A stretch of 64,000 bases of DNA, taken from NCBI RefSeq assembly GCF_016433145.1, contig NC_058132.1, forward strand, positions 86,797,272 to 86,861,271, in the 5' to 3' direction. Made by a program: the position numbers and the translations under genes. Below are positions 24,366 to 35,849 of the stretch, piece by piece. The DNA is from Gracilinanus agilis. Its lineage: Eukaryota. Position 1 is the stretch's first letter. The number at the start of each line of letters is the position of its first letter. The notes beneath the pieces were generated by a model, which saw nothing but the letters and a program-made list of their open reading frames with translations, was not told the origin of the DNA and ran no database searches.

Positions 24366-25061
24366 GTCCTGCTCATCTTCTGGTTCAACATGAAGCCCAT
24401 TAGCTTTACAGGCTGCTTCCTACAGATGTTTGTCATGAATACCTTCTTGCCCATGGAGTCATCCACCTTTCTGATTATGGCTTATGATCGCTATGTTGCT
24501 ATCTGTCATCCCCTGCACTACCCATCCATCATCACCGAGCAGTTTGTAGTCAAGGCTGCCATATTCATTATCTTCCGCAACTTACTGGCCACATTGCCCA
24601 CTCCAATCTTGGCTGCCCGACTGGACTACTGTGCAGGAAATGTCATAGAAAACTGTATATGTGCCAACATCTCTGTGGCTCGGCTCTCCTGTGGGGATAT
24701 CCGTCTCAACAAACTCTACCAGTTTGTGAGTGTCTGGTGCCTCCTGGGTTCTGACTTGGTGCTCATTTTGCTTTCCTACTGCTTTATCTTGAGGGCTGTG
24801 CTGAGGCTACAATCTGGAGGAGCAGCCACAAAGGCTCTAAGCACCTGCGGCTCTCACCTGATCCTCATCCTCTTCTTTTATACACTTTTACTGGTCTTCA
24901 TCTTTACCAATAAGGCTGGCAAAAAGGTACCTGCTGAAGTGCCCATCCTTCTCAATGTCCTGCACCACCTCATCCCACCAGCCCTCAATCCCATTGTCTA
25001 TGGAGTTCGCACTCAAGAGATCAAGCATGGCATCTTGAAATTACTGAAGTATCAAAAGTGA
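24366..25061 (+). CDS. OR56-family receptor, coding exon 2 (aa 84-314)
   Basis: VLLIFWFNMKPISF...MAYDRYVAICHPLHY...ENCICANISV...KALSTCGSH...PPALNPIVYGVRTQEIK; open to TGA at 25059-25061. Confidence 0.92.
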   Translation, partial: VLLIFWFNMKPISFTGCFLQMFVMNTFLPMESSTFLIMAYDRYVAICHPLHYPSIITEQFVVKAAIFIIFRNLLATLPTPILAARLDYCAGNVIENCICANISVARLSCGDIRLNKLYQFVSVWCLLGSDLVLILLSYCFILRAVLRLQSGGAATKALSTCGSHLILILFFYTLLLVFIFTNKAGKKVPAEVPILLNVLHHLIPPALNPIVYGVRTQEIKHGILKLLKYQK

Positions 25062-25724
25062 AGGGCTGGTCTGGAGTTCATGTTACTTAGAGGTCAGGGA
25101 CATCTTGGAATAATTCAGAGACAGTCTAATATACAGTACCTCACCTTCTATTACATCTCACTATGGTTCTTCCACATCACTTCCACTCAGACTTTCATCA
25201 TTACTCTCAAAATGACTTCTCGCTTGTTCTGACCCCTCTTCATTCTCAGTCACCTATTCAACCAGTATTGAGCAATAACCATGTTTCGCCATGTGCTAAA
25301 ACTTCAAACCCATAGAGATCCTGTGATTGATTTTCTTTGTCTCATTTTTGGCATCTTATGAAAAAGTGATTTGTATATAATTATATCTACATAAATATTC
25401 ATCAAAAATAGAGAAACAGGCAGGAAATGGAAAGAAAGCTTAATAGGTATCCCTTTGAAGTAGAAGGTGATATAGGGGTCAGTGGTTTTAGTTTCTATCT
25501 CCCTTGAAGTTCTTTGCTTCTTCTCAGGGGAACAGTAGGTATTTCCATGTTATTTCAACTTAAAGAATAAATAATAAAAGATAAATGAGAGAAAGAGTGG
25601 AAGGCACAGGGTAACATTTTTTTTGATGATGATGTAGATTGACAATGTAGATCAGAGTAAAGAGCACTGATTCTGGCTTCATATGCTATCATGCTACTTC
25701 TTCTATGATGAGGAAATCCTATAA

Positions 25725-26170
25725 AAATAATATTTCCCCCAATTACATGTAAAAATAATTTTAGCATTCTTTTAAAAATCTTTTGAATTCCAAATTCCCT
25801 TCCTCTCTCCCTCATTCCTGACGTAAGCAATATGATATAGGTTTTACATGTGCAATCATGTAAAACTTTTTTCTATATTAGTCATTGTGTGGAAGAGAAC
25901 ATCAAAAACTTAAGAAAGAAAGAAAAGAAAACATAGTATATTTTGATCTGCATTCAGCCTCTGTAAGTTCTTTCTCTGGAGGTAGATGGTATTTTTTAAT
26001 ATGAGTCTTAAGGATTATCTTGGATCATTGTATTGCTGAGAATATCTAGGCCATTCACAGTTGTTGATCAAAAATATTGCATTAATGTATACAATGTTCA
26101 TCTGGTTCTACTCACTTCACTTTGCTTCAATTCATGTAAATCTTTCCAGGTTTTTCTGAAATCATTCTAG
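25725..26170 (-). mobile_element. Old L1 3' fragment
   Basis: ttgatctgcattcag...tggatcattgtattgctgaga...tggttctactcacttcactttg. Confidence 0.75.
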
Positions 26171-28499
26171 TCAAGAGACAAGGAAATCTTAAGGAAAAGT
26201 TCTGAGTAGAAGAGAAATAGCAATACAAAGAGGAAAAAATACTTGATGGCATGAGGAATGTGGAACCAGAAAAGGCCTGGGGAGGGATATTTAGAGTCAA
26301 GAATTCTCCAATTAAGCTGCAACCTAAGGGAGAAAAAAAGCTGGATTTTGTAAGCATACTTTGTACTGGTAATTTGCTAACCAGAACATAATTTGTCCTG
26401 TAATTCCTTTCACCATAGCAATATGGTTTCTTGCATGTTCAAATCAAATATATTAGTAATTTCTTAAATATCTTTTAGTTGCATGACACTGTTCTAGAAG
26501 CACAGGAATACAAAGGAAAATTAAAAAATACTCCTAGGTCTTATTTCATATAATTAGCTGAGTATTAAGTCATTATTAATTCATGTCTGAGGAATATTCA
26601 GTTCAAAGAGGAATAGAAGAAACGTGGGGAAAACTTTGAGGTCCTCTGTTTGTAGCATAAGATCTCCCAGAGGGCTACTGTGTCTGTTCTAGTTGACCAG
26701 TAGCTTTGTCCAGCTGTAATGAGGAACCAGATGTCATTGGGTGACAAATTTCTAATCTATACAGAGGATATTTCTTTGCCTCATTGCACTAAATACATCT
26801 TAATAGTGTTATATCACCTAGATCTATCCACCAGTTCTAAGATGTCCCAAAGAATTGGTAACCTTGGGTCAAAGTACTTAGTGAGCCTGTATCCTCAATA
26901 CATCACAAACTGCCACCAATGCGTTCCCCACTTATGGTTAAAGCCATGGAACATAATAAGTTCTAACCAAAGACATTTCATTAGATTGTATAATAATAAG
27001 AGTAGCAAGAAAATTTTCTCTCACAATCCAAGACTGCATTACGTGCTTTATTGAATTAGCCTTCAAATCTGTGGGAAAACTGGACACTCATGGAAACACT
27101 TGTGGATGGGCTTGTACACAATGATAATTTCCACAAGAAGCACTTCTGACCACATGGCTCTTCTGTGGAGAAGCAACTCGTGTTCCTCACATTGCAGTGC
27201 TGTTGATTTCAACCAGTGATGTCACAGTGTCATAGATAAACAGCTCACAGGACAAGGGCATCATTATCTCTACCTGTGTAAACATCATCTTGACATTTCA
27301 TATGCAGATACAGCTATTGGAAAGCCAGGGAGAACCTTTGCAGCACTCCCTTGCTGGTAGTAATAGTCTATTGGCCAAGGTTTTGCATGAATTGCCACGG
27401 AAGAGTTAGGAATATTGTTTATAATGCCTCTGACATTTCAGTCTTCTACAAGGCTCATAAAATGTCTGAATGATGAAGTAATAGCCAACTGATGCTCTCT
27501 CTACAGGGAGAAGAGATAACGTCTATTTAGGTCAGCAATTTCATTATTCTTCCACTCAGAAGCAGAGAAATTTTGATCTCTTGGGTCACCAGTTCAGGCC
27601 AAAATGAATAACAATTGATTGCTTTGACTGCTGCCAGAACAGCACTACCTTTCTTCAGTTCCATCTCTGTACCCCGACATGACACTAGTCTTAGGCTTGC
27701 TCCCTCATGAGTCAGCCAATATTAGTGAAGCTGTAGCCTCCACCATATGGTCAGTGGTCCAAGGTAGAGCCTCACAGTTCTAACAACCCAATTTCCCTAC
27801 CACTCATGAAAAGTCTGAGAATGGAGAATGAGGAAAAAAAAAACATTCATCCTCACTCAACGTTTACTGAACGTACATTCCAGAAAAGAACTACTAATGA
27901 AAAAATTACTAGAATGGAAACTAACCAGGTTTGATATGAATCAGAGGGACTGAAAAGTCTTTTGAAATGATAGTTTGAACATTTTGGGGTCAAGGAGGTG
28001 AAAAAGAAAGAGGAAGTAGGTAGGGAAGAACCCTGTTTGTCAAAACCTCTGATTACTACATTTCTATAAAAACTAAAAGAATGTTACTCTGTTCCACAAA
28101 TATTTTCTCATGAGTTCCTGGACATATTCACATGTTCTGAAATCTCATTAAAACAATGATCTCCAAACCTTTTTGAGGGACAACCCTATCAGTTAAAAAA
28201 AAAAAAAGGACAATCCTATATATATGCTTATTTGTTTATAACTATTATTTATAAACTATTCACATATACTAATATATTGTGTGATTATGAAACTCACCAA
28301 ATGACAAGATAAGAAAATAAAAATATTTTAAATAAATGTCATCATATTTGGTTTATTTATCATGCAAAATCTCTTGCTCTTACTAAAACAGTGTCAGTGC
28401 AATGTAGTTGGGAATGCTTCGTTATTTTTAAATATTTTTCATTTAACATTTATGATGAAGCAATTTGAGTACAGAATTGCAAGCACATTTTATTTAATA

Positions 28500-28885
28500 C
28501 ATTTTTCCAGCTCATTTTTTAATTTTTTAATTTTAATTTTGAATATTTTCCCCTAGTTACATGTTTCATGTTCATTCCTTGTCCCCAACCCCTCAACCCC
28601 ACTTAGCCTATGCGCAATTCCACTGGAATTGTATCATTGATCAAGACCTAATTCCATATTATTGATAGTTGGACTTGAGTTATCATTTAGTGTCTACATC
28701 CCCAATAATATCCCCATCAGCCCATGTGTTTAAGCAGTTGTTTTTCTTCTGTGTTTCTCCTCCCACAGTTCTTCCTCTGAATGTGGCTAGTTTTCTTTCT
28801 CATAAGTCCCTCAGCATTGCTCTGGATCCTTGCATTGCTGCTAGTAGAGAAGTCCTTTGTGTTCAATTGTACCACAGTGAATTTA
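28500..28885 (-). mobile_element. L1 3' UTR fragment
   Basis: Antisense homologue of the L1 tail at 330-630 (tgatcaagaccta.ttcca..atattgatagttg...ttcctctgaatgtgg.tag). Confidence 0.85.
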
Positions 28886-29339
28886 ATACATTTTTAAACA
28901 ATTCTCATACTTAAAAATATGTCTTACGAAGGTTCATAGATCAATGTAGAAAATGCATCAATGGCTATGCTTCTACGTTATGATATTAATTTTTAAAAAT
29001 CCCTTCTACCAGACATGAATAGTATTTTTTCTTGTTGTTTTGAAATTTGGCTAGAAAATTTGTGTTTTCCTGATTTCAATATCATCTGATCTGATGCAAT
29101 ATCAGAAGATAATGCATATTTAGTATTTTAATGAATATTTCAATATCCACTGAAACACTTCATTTGGAATATTTTCCTTAATAGGTCAGAGCAAAGATTC
29201 TTTACCTTTTCCGTGTGTCATGGACCCCCTTTTCAATCTGATGAAACTGATGGATCCCTTCTCAGAATACTTTTTTTTAATATGTTAAGTAAAATCTGAG
29301 GGATTATAAAAGAACCAGTTATATTTAGTACAATTAAGT

Positions 29340-29610
29340 ATCTATCTATTAGTAACCTATCCATTGATATGTCTATTTATCATGTATCAACCATTCATCC
29401 AACCATCTATGCATCAATTAACCTGTTATATATTATCTATCATCTATCATCTATCCACCATCCATTATCTAGTGATTTGCCAATCTATCATCTTTCCATC
29501 ATTTATTGATTTATCAATTTATAATTCATTTATTAATCTATCACCTATATATATGATATACAGATGATAGATTAATATATATACATACCTCTATCTCTAT
29601 CTCTATATGT
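29340..29610. repeat. Degenerate (TCTA/TCCA)n low-complexity tract
   Basis: Repeated atct/atcc/tatc units. Confidence 0.6.
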
Positions 29611-30432
29611 AAATATGCATTTCTTTCTCCCTCTTGCTCTCTCTCTCCTTCCTCTTCTCTTTCTTGCTGAAATAAATTCTCATCCTATGCTAAGGACCAA
29701 TCCTTAGATCATAAAATTCAATTTCCAAAATATGTGTTGCATAACAGCATTGGTATAACCATATATCAGATTACTTATCTCAGATAAAGAGGAGGAGATG
29801 GAGAGAATAAGCATTGCAAAATGTTAGAAAACAATTGTTGAAAATCGTTTCTATGTGTAATGGGGGAAAAAGGAATAGACAGAAAAAATTATGTTTCCAT
29901 GCTCTTTTAAATTTATCAATATGTGCATATTGATACATTTCTCATTTGCCTTGTTTTGGACCAATCAAACACCTCCAATTATGATGGTTTCATGCTCTCC
30001 TTCATTCAGAGCTCCAAGTACAGTATATACTGAGGTAAGGCTTATTGTTAACAATAGTGGATAGAAAGTCATAGTTCATAGGATTATAGACTTAGAATTG
30101 CTTTCCAATAATTTTGGAAATTTCCATTTTGGAGGGAGGAACCCTTCATGATTATGAGCTATTTTAGAATCTGAAATAAGCATGGGAAAAGTGTTAGCCC
30201 TAACACTTTCTTGTTTTCTTGGGCTTCAAATAGTACTAATATCTTCTAGCCTCAGTTTCTTAGCAAGAATCTGTTTAAGTTGCTTGGCTATTTTAAGAAT
30301 TAGTTTTATTAACCCTGTAAAACTTAATCTGTAAATCCTATAATAAAGGGGCTGATGAAGTTTAACTGGCTCTGGGAATGTCCTCTGAAATACAGATTTA
30401 AACATATTGTGAATAACCATGAAGGAACAATG

Positions 30433-30433
<1 letters not shown>

Positions 30434-30466
<33 letters not shown>
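30434..30466. repeat. (TG)n microsatellite
   Basis: Direct reading. Confidence 0.95.
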
Positions 30467-30469
<3 letters not shown>

Positions 30470-31383
30470 TTTAAATAGCTTAGCAACATATTGCCCTGTT
30501 TCCTTCTTTAACTGATGCCATAAGTAACAAAACAAACACAATTCTTCAAGCACTTTTGTAAAAAAATTTTTTTAAGGATATTCATTTAGGAATTTTTAAA
30601 AACAGGTCTTCATGTTCTTCCAGACTGCAAGGCTTTTCCCAACATTCAACATTCTATCTCCTATCTTTGTGCATTTTCAGTGACTGAAATGACCTCTTTT
30701 CTCATTACTTTTTTAATATCCCCCAGTCTTTGTTCCCCACCAGTCCCAACTCTGCTTTACCTCATGCCACTTGTTTTTTGTGTATATGTTGTAAAGACTC
30801 TATCATTGCAGGGACTTTTTCCTTTATCCCCTCTGTATCCCTAAAGCCTTGCACAATGCCTTACAAAAACTAGGCAATTAATAAATGCTTGTTGAAATAA
30901 ACTGTGATTTGGGTGGTGAATTATTGTCCTTTTTATAATTATAATAAAGGCACGAGATAGGATCATTTCTTCATCTGTGATCTTTCATTCATAGTGAGTT
31001 TTTCATTCTCAGCAGCTCATTAAGAGAAGTCAGAATGCTTTTTCTTTTTAATTGCATAGCACATATTTTTCTCGTTTTAATTTCTCTTTTATCTTCGTAT
31101 TAGAATGACAATGACTTACTTATAACAAAGACTTACTCTCTTATTATCTGATTTAAAATGTGAAACATTTCAGTACATACAGAGATCTAGGAACCTATAT
31201 GTTTTTAAACATTATAAATACCTGCAATTATTGATCTCTGATTTTCATTTTTAGGCTTAATGAGTTATACTTATGCAGAATCTTTTCTGAAAATCAGAAG
31301 CTATTTAGGAAACCTGCATAGATGCCTACTCTGGTTTCAACCTTGGAGAGCTCTGTCTTGTACTTCATGCTCACTGATCTGAA

Positions 31384-31577
31384 TTTTTTAATCCTTACTT
31401 TCTGTCTTAGAATCAACACTGTGTATTGGTTCTAATGCAGAAGAGCAGTAAAGGCAAGGCAATGGGGGTTAAGTGACTTACCCAGGGTTATACAGCTAGT
31501 GTCTGGATCAAATTTGAACCCAGCACTTTCCATCTCTGGGCCTGACCCTCAATCCACTGAGCCACACAGTTGCCCTC
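31384..31577 (-). mobile_element. SINE1_Mdo-like SINE, diverged
   Basis: ccttactttctgtcttagaatcaacactgtgtattggttc...gggggttaagtgactt...caatccactgagccac. Confidence 0.8.
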
Positions 31578-32557
31578 TTTATTTTATGTTTTTTTAATCA
31601 CTGCTCTGATTTGGAGCTAAGTACTGATACAAAATACACATCTGTATCAATTCTCAGACATCCAATAGAATGATTTAAGAGACTGGTTTTTTTGCCTGCT
31701 TCTACTTTAAAAATATTTTTATAACACCACTTTGATTTCATATTTATAATTTATATGATTTATAATATCATTTGATTTGAGAATCAAATATAGGAAACAT
31801 TTTCAGATTAAGATGACATCTAAAATCCGTGAAGAACCGAAATACATATGCAAATAATTCCCACCCTTATATATATATATATGCATATATATATATATTG
31901 CATATGTGTATATATGGATACTGTGTAAGGGGAGTGATCAGGTTAGTCATCATACCCTAAATCAATAGGGACACAAAATAGAACTGAGTACCCTAAAACT
32001 TGACTGATGGAGATAGAAAGACAGAGAGAGAGAACAAGAGGAGAGAGATGACAATATGAGAGTACAGCACATCAGTAACAAAAATGATTATATCTTTTGA
32101 CTTTGTGAAATCATCGATAGTGATCCAATCCAAAAATATTAAACAGAAAAGAGGAAAATTTACATAAAATGATTCATGTAAATAGGGTAAATAATACTGT
32201 ATAAAAATACTTTTATAAAATAATAACTGTACAAATCTATTACAAATAGATTTTCAGTAGCAAAACAATTAGAAATAACTTAAATATTCAGCAATTGGAA
32301 AATGACCAAATAAATTATGATGCTTAATCATTATTTTTATCATTAATTCAAGTAATGGCATATTGTGTTACCCCCAAAACAATAAATATGAAGCATACAA
32401 GCAAAAATGAAAGATGTTCAGGAAGTGATACAAAGTCAAATTAGAAAAACTAGAACATCATGATCATGATTATTAAGAAAGAGATGAAGTAGAAGGAGAT
32501 AAAAGAGGAGGAAGAGAGGGAGGAGGACCCATTGTATATAGAACTTTCAATCTCACT

Positions 32558-33505
32558 TCACAGACCCTTCCTCAGTAACTTCAGAATGCCCTGCTTGATC
32601 TCTTGGGTCCGGACACCATAAACAATGGGATTGAGAGCTGCAGGGATGACATGGTGCAAGACATTGAGCAGGATGGGCACATCAGGAGACACCATCTTCT
32701 TAGCCACATGAGTGAGAACAAAGACCAGCAGGATGGTGCTGAAGAAGAGGATGAGGATGAAGTGGGAACCACATGTACTCAGGGCCTTGGCTGCAGCCCC
32801 CTTGGCCTTAAGCCTCAGCACAGCTCGAAGAATGAAGGAATAGGAGAGGAAGATGAGGACGAGGTCAGAACCCAGCAGTGTCCATCCCCCTGCAAACTGG
32901 TAGAGGCGGTTGATTGTAACATCATTACAAGACAGTTTTGATACAGATAAGTTGGCACAGATGCAATTCTCTATGACATTGGAATGGCAGTAGTTCAGCC
33001 TAGCTGAGAGAATGGGTATAGGCACTGTGAAGAAGACATTTCGGGCCAGTATAAAGAGGGCAGCCTTGGCAACAAATTCATCTGTGATAATGGCTGGATA
33101 TCGAAGTGGGTGGCAAATGGCTACATATCTATCATATGCCATTATTAAAAAGGTACAAGACTCCATGGCCAAGAAACAATTCATGATATACATCTGGAGG
33201 AAACAGGCAGGGAAGCTTATAGGTCTGAGGTCAAACCAGAAGATGAGCAGGACTTTAGGGATGACCGTGAGGCAGAGCACAATGTCCAGCAGGGAGAGCA
33301 GGCTGAGCAGGTAGTACATGGGTTCATGAAGAGAGGCCTCCAGCCGAATGGTGATCAGAAGGGTGGCATTGGCTCCCATAGCCAAGAGGAAGAGCAGGCT
33401 CAGGGGCAGGGAAAGCCAGCGCTGCCAGCTTGGAGATCTGACAAAACAATTCAGGAGGAATTCAGAGACTTCAGTTGGAGAGGAGCTATTGCTGGACAAT
33501 ATCAT
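32558..33505 (-). CDS. OR56A3-like: Class I olfactory receptor, OR56A3-like, copy 1, intact, 315 aa
   Basis: EFLLNCFVRSPSWQ.WLSLPLSLLFLLAMGAN, MAYDRYVAICHPLRY, ENCICANLSVSKLSC, YQFAGGWTLLGSDL, THVAKK.VSPDVP, PAALNPIVYGVRTQEIKQG match OR56A3 as I recall it. Confidence 0.95.
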   Translation of the reverse strand: MILSSNSSSPTEVSEFLLNCFVRSPSWQRWLSLPLSLLFLLAMGANATLLITIRLEASLHEPMYYLLSLLSLLDIVLCLTVIPKVLLIFWFDLRPISFPACFLQMYIMNCFLAMESCTFLIMAYDRYVAICHPLRYPAIITDEFVAKAALFILARNVFFTVPIPILSARLNYCHSNVIENCICANLSVSKLSCNDVTINRLYQFAGGWTLLGSDLVLIFLSYSFILRAVLRLKAKGAAAKALSTCGSHFILILFFSTILLVFVLTHVAKKMVSPDVPILLNVLHHVIPAALNPIVYGVRTQEIKQGILKLLRKGL

Positions 33506-33929
33506 GGCGTGGGATCTCAGGGTTGAGCTTTTTCTTGAATCTTAACATCTGAGCCTGGAAATAGGAATGTACAACATTCTGATGGAATACAGAACACACT
33601 CAATTCCTTTCTCTTCATTTTATAAGCATCATCAATTTTTTTCTTCTCCACTGTCAGAGGAAGATTTGATTTTCTTTATTGCTTAAGCTATCTTTTCCAT
33701 CTCTACTTTTGAAGTATCCCAACCCCAAACTCCTCCATACCTTGCTCAAATTATCATCCTATTTCTTATATATTATTTTTAATATGTTCTGCTGTATAAG
33801 TTCCTTAGGTTTAACTATAATTATGTTTACTATCCCCAAAAGAGCAAAACCTTTTATCTTGTTCTGGTTGCTCCCACAAATTTTCAGCCTCTTTCTCCTT
33901 CCTTCCCTTAATTTCTTTTCTTAGGGAAA

Positions 33930-34330
33930 AGAAAGGTTTTTGGAAAGAGTAGTTTAGTTTAGGACACTATAAGCTTGGGGTGCTGGTAAGCTATCTACTT
34001 GTAGATATCCAAAAAGAAGTTATAAATATGGAAGGCGAGTATCTGGGAGATATTTCTCTGTAAAGGTGATGGTTGATGCTACAAACTTGAATACAAGATC
34101 ACCAGTGGAAAATAAAGAGAAAGAAAAGAGGGCCAAGACTAGGATATATCCACTTTTAAGTCATGGGACAATGTGGAATGAGAAAAGAGACAGAAGAATG
34201 ATCAGAAAAGCAGCAGGATACAAATGAGAGGGTGTTTTTCTGGAAGTTGAGAGGATAAAACTATAATAAGAAAGCATAGTCCACAGTAGTAATTGTAGAA
34301 GTGTACATAGAAGAAAAGAGGAAAAAGATC
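33930..34330 (-). mobile_element. L2 fragment
   Basis: agtttagttaggaca..taagcttggggtgc...gatatcca...gatcaccagtggaaa..aaagagaaagaaaagagggccaagac. Confidence 0.6.
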
Positions 34331-34444
34331 TTCCACTGTTGTAATTAAGGAGAGCATTTTTAACATGCAAGTGAGTGGTTTCTGTATTATAGTTCAGGCC
34401 CCAGACATTCAGAAAGCGAAGAATTAAGAAGTCTACTGATAAAG

Positions 34445-35155
34445 GCTAAAAAGAGAGTGTAAATCTGGCTTGATGCTTAACATTAAACAACTAAAATCAT
34501 AGCAGTGGTCCTATAATTTCCTGGTAAATAGAGAGAAAAGAAATGGAAGCAGTGTTAGATTTTATATTCTTTGGCTGAGAGATCATTACAGATGGTAATG
34601 GCCAAGCATCATTACTCCTTGGAAAGAAAACTATGGCAAATTTGTACAGTATACTAAAAAGGAAAAGACATCAACTTGCCAACAAGAGTTTGAATATTTA
34701 AACCTATGGTTTTTCCAGTAGTAATATAAGGATGTGAGAGTTGGACTATAAGGAAAGCTGAATGCTTAGAATTGAAACTTTTGATTTGGGATGCTAGAGA
34801 AGATTTTTGAGAATACCTTCCCTTAGAAAACAAGGATACTGAATTATTAATACTTCAAGAAATTAATTCAAACTATTTATTGGAAATACATGTAGAAAAG
34901 CAGAAGCTTAAATACTTTGGCCACATAATGAGAAGACAAGACTCACTGGAAAATATCCCAATGCTGGGGAAGACTGAAAGCAAAAAGAGAAGGGAATGTC
35001 AGGGGATGAGCTGGATAGTGTCATGAAAGCAATGACCATGAGGTTGGACAGACTTTGGGAAATAGTGAAGTATACAAGGGACTGGCATACTATGATCCAT
35101 GAAGTTACAAGAGTAGAACATAACTACAACTGAATGACTGAATAATAATAATAAT
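34445..35155 (+). mobile_element. RTE/BovB-like LINE 3' portion
   Basis: ttactccttggaaagaaaactatggcaaatt..acag, aaacctatggtttttccagtag, gaagcttaaatactttggccacataatgagaaga..gactcactggaaaa, ctgaatgactgaa tail. Confidence 0.85.
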
Positions 35156-35849
35156 AGACGTGCAGACACATCAGATTGCAATATTTTAATAAATAAATGG
35201 GTAGTAAGGAAATGAGGTAGCAGGTGTAGACTACTCTTACAAATTTTATAGTAAGTGGTGAAAGGGATAAAGGTAATTCCTTGACTAGGAAGTAGATAAT
35301 TAATTTTTTTAATGGAAATGTGAAGCCTGATTAGAAGGAACTAGTACAGTGTGAAAAAAAGTTAAGGATGTATGAAAAAAGATGGTGGATGGAGCAATGT
35401 CTTAGAAAAGGGAGTAGAAGGATGGCATTTAATGGATGAGTTGATTAGTGTTCAAAAGGGAAGAGCCTCCTCCTCACTATCAGAAAGGATGAGTGAGGGT
35501 ATTAAAAAGTGTAAGGGATCAGAAGAGTTTATAGCACATGGCCTACAATTCAGTAAGGCCATCTTTGGTGAGTGGAAAGTTTGATGCTGCAGTAAAGACA
35601 TTTTGAAATAGTTATTTTTCAGATGTGATAAAGTCAATAACAGATAATTATAAAGATTACTGAGCAGCTTTGAGGGTCCAATTGATATTAAATAAATAGC
35701 ATATATTTGTAATGGATTTAGTGACTAGCATTTGGATGGCAGTTAGGTGGCACAGTGAGATAGTGTTGAATTTGGTGTCAGGAAATTCTCAGTTCAAATA
35801 TTGTTTCAGATACTTATTACCTCAAGCTACTTATGTGAATCTTCTTTTC

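Noticed and set aside
24390-25061. 223-aa ORF read as an N-truncated OR pseudogene
   Set aside because: Eight more in-register OR codons (VLLIFWFN) lie upstream of the Met and begin exactly after an AG
26640-27830. Possible decayed fifth OR gene (SNSCICI resembles ENCICA)
   Set aside because: No MAYDRY, KALSTC or NP motifs in register on either strand
32581-33545. Alternative-frame and antisense ORFs over the OR genes (for example the acidic 112-aa ORFs at 32603 and 53717; also 8229..8507 and 8249..8455)
   Set aside because: Shadow ORFs caused by OR codon bias; their duplication simply mirrors the identical tract
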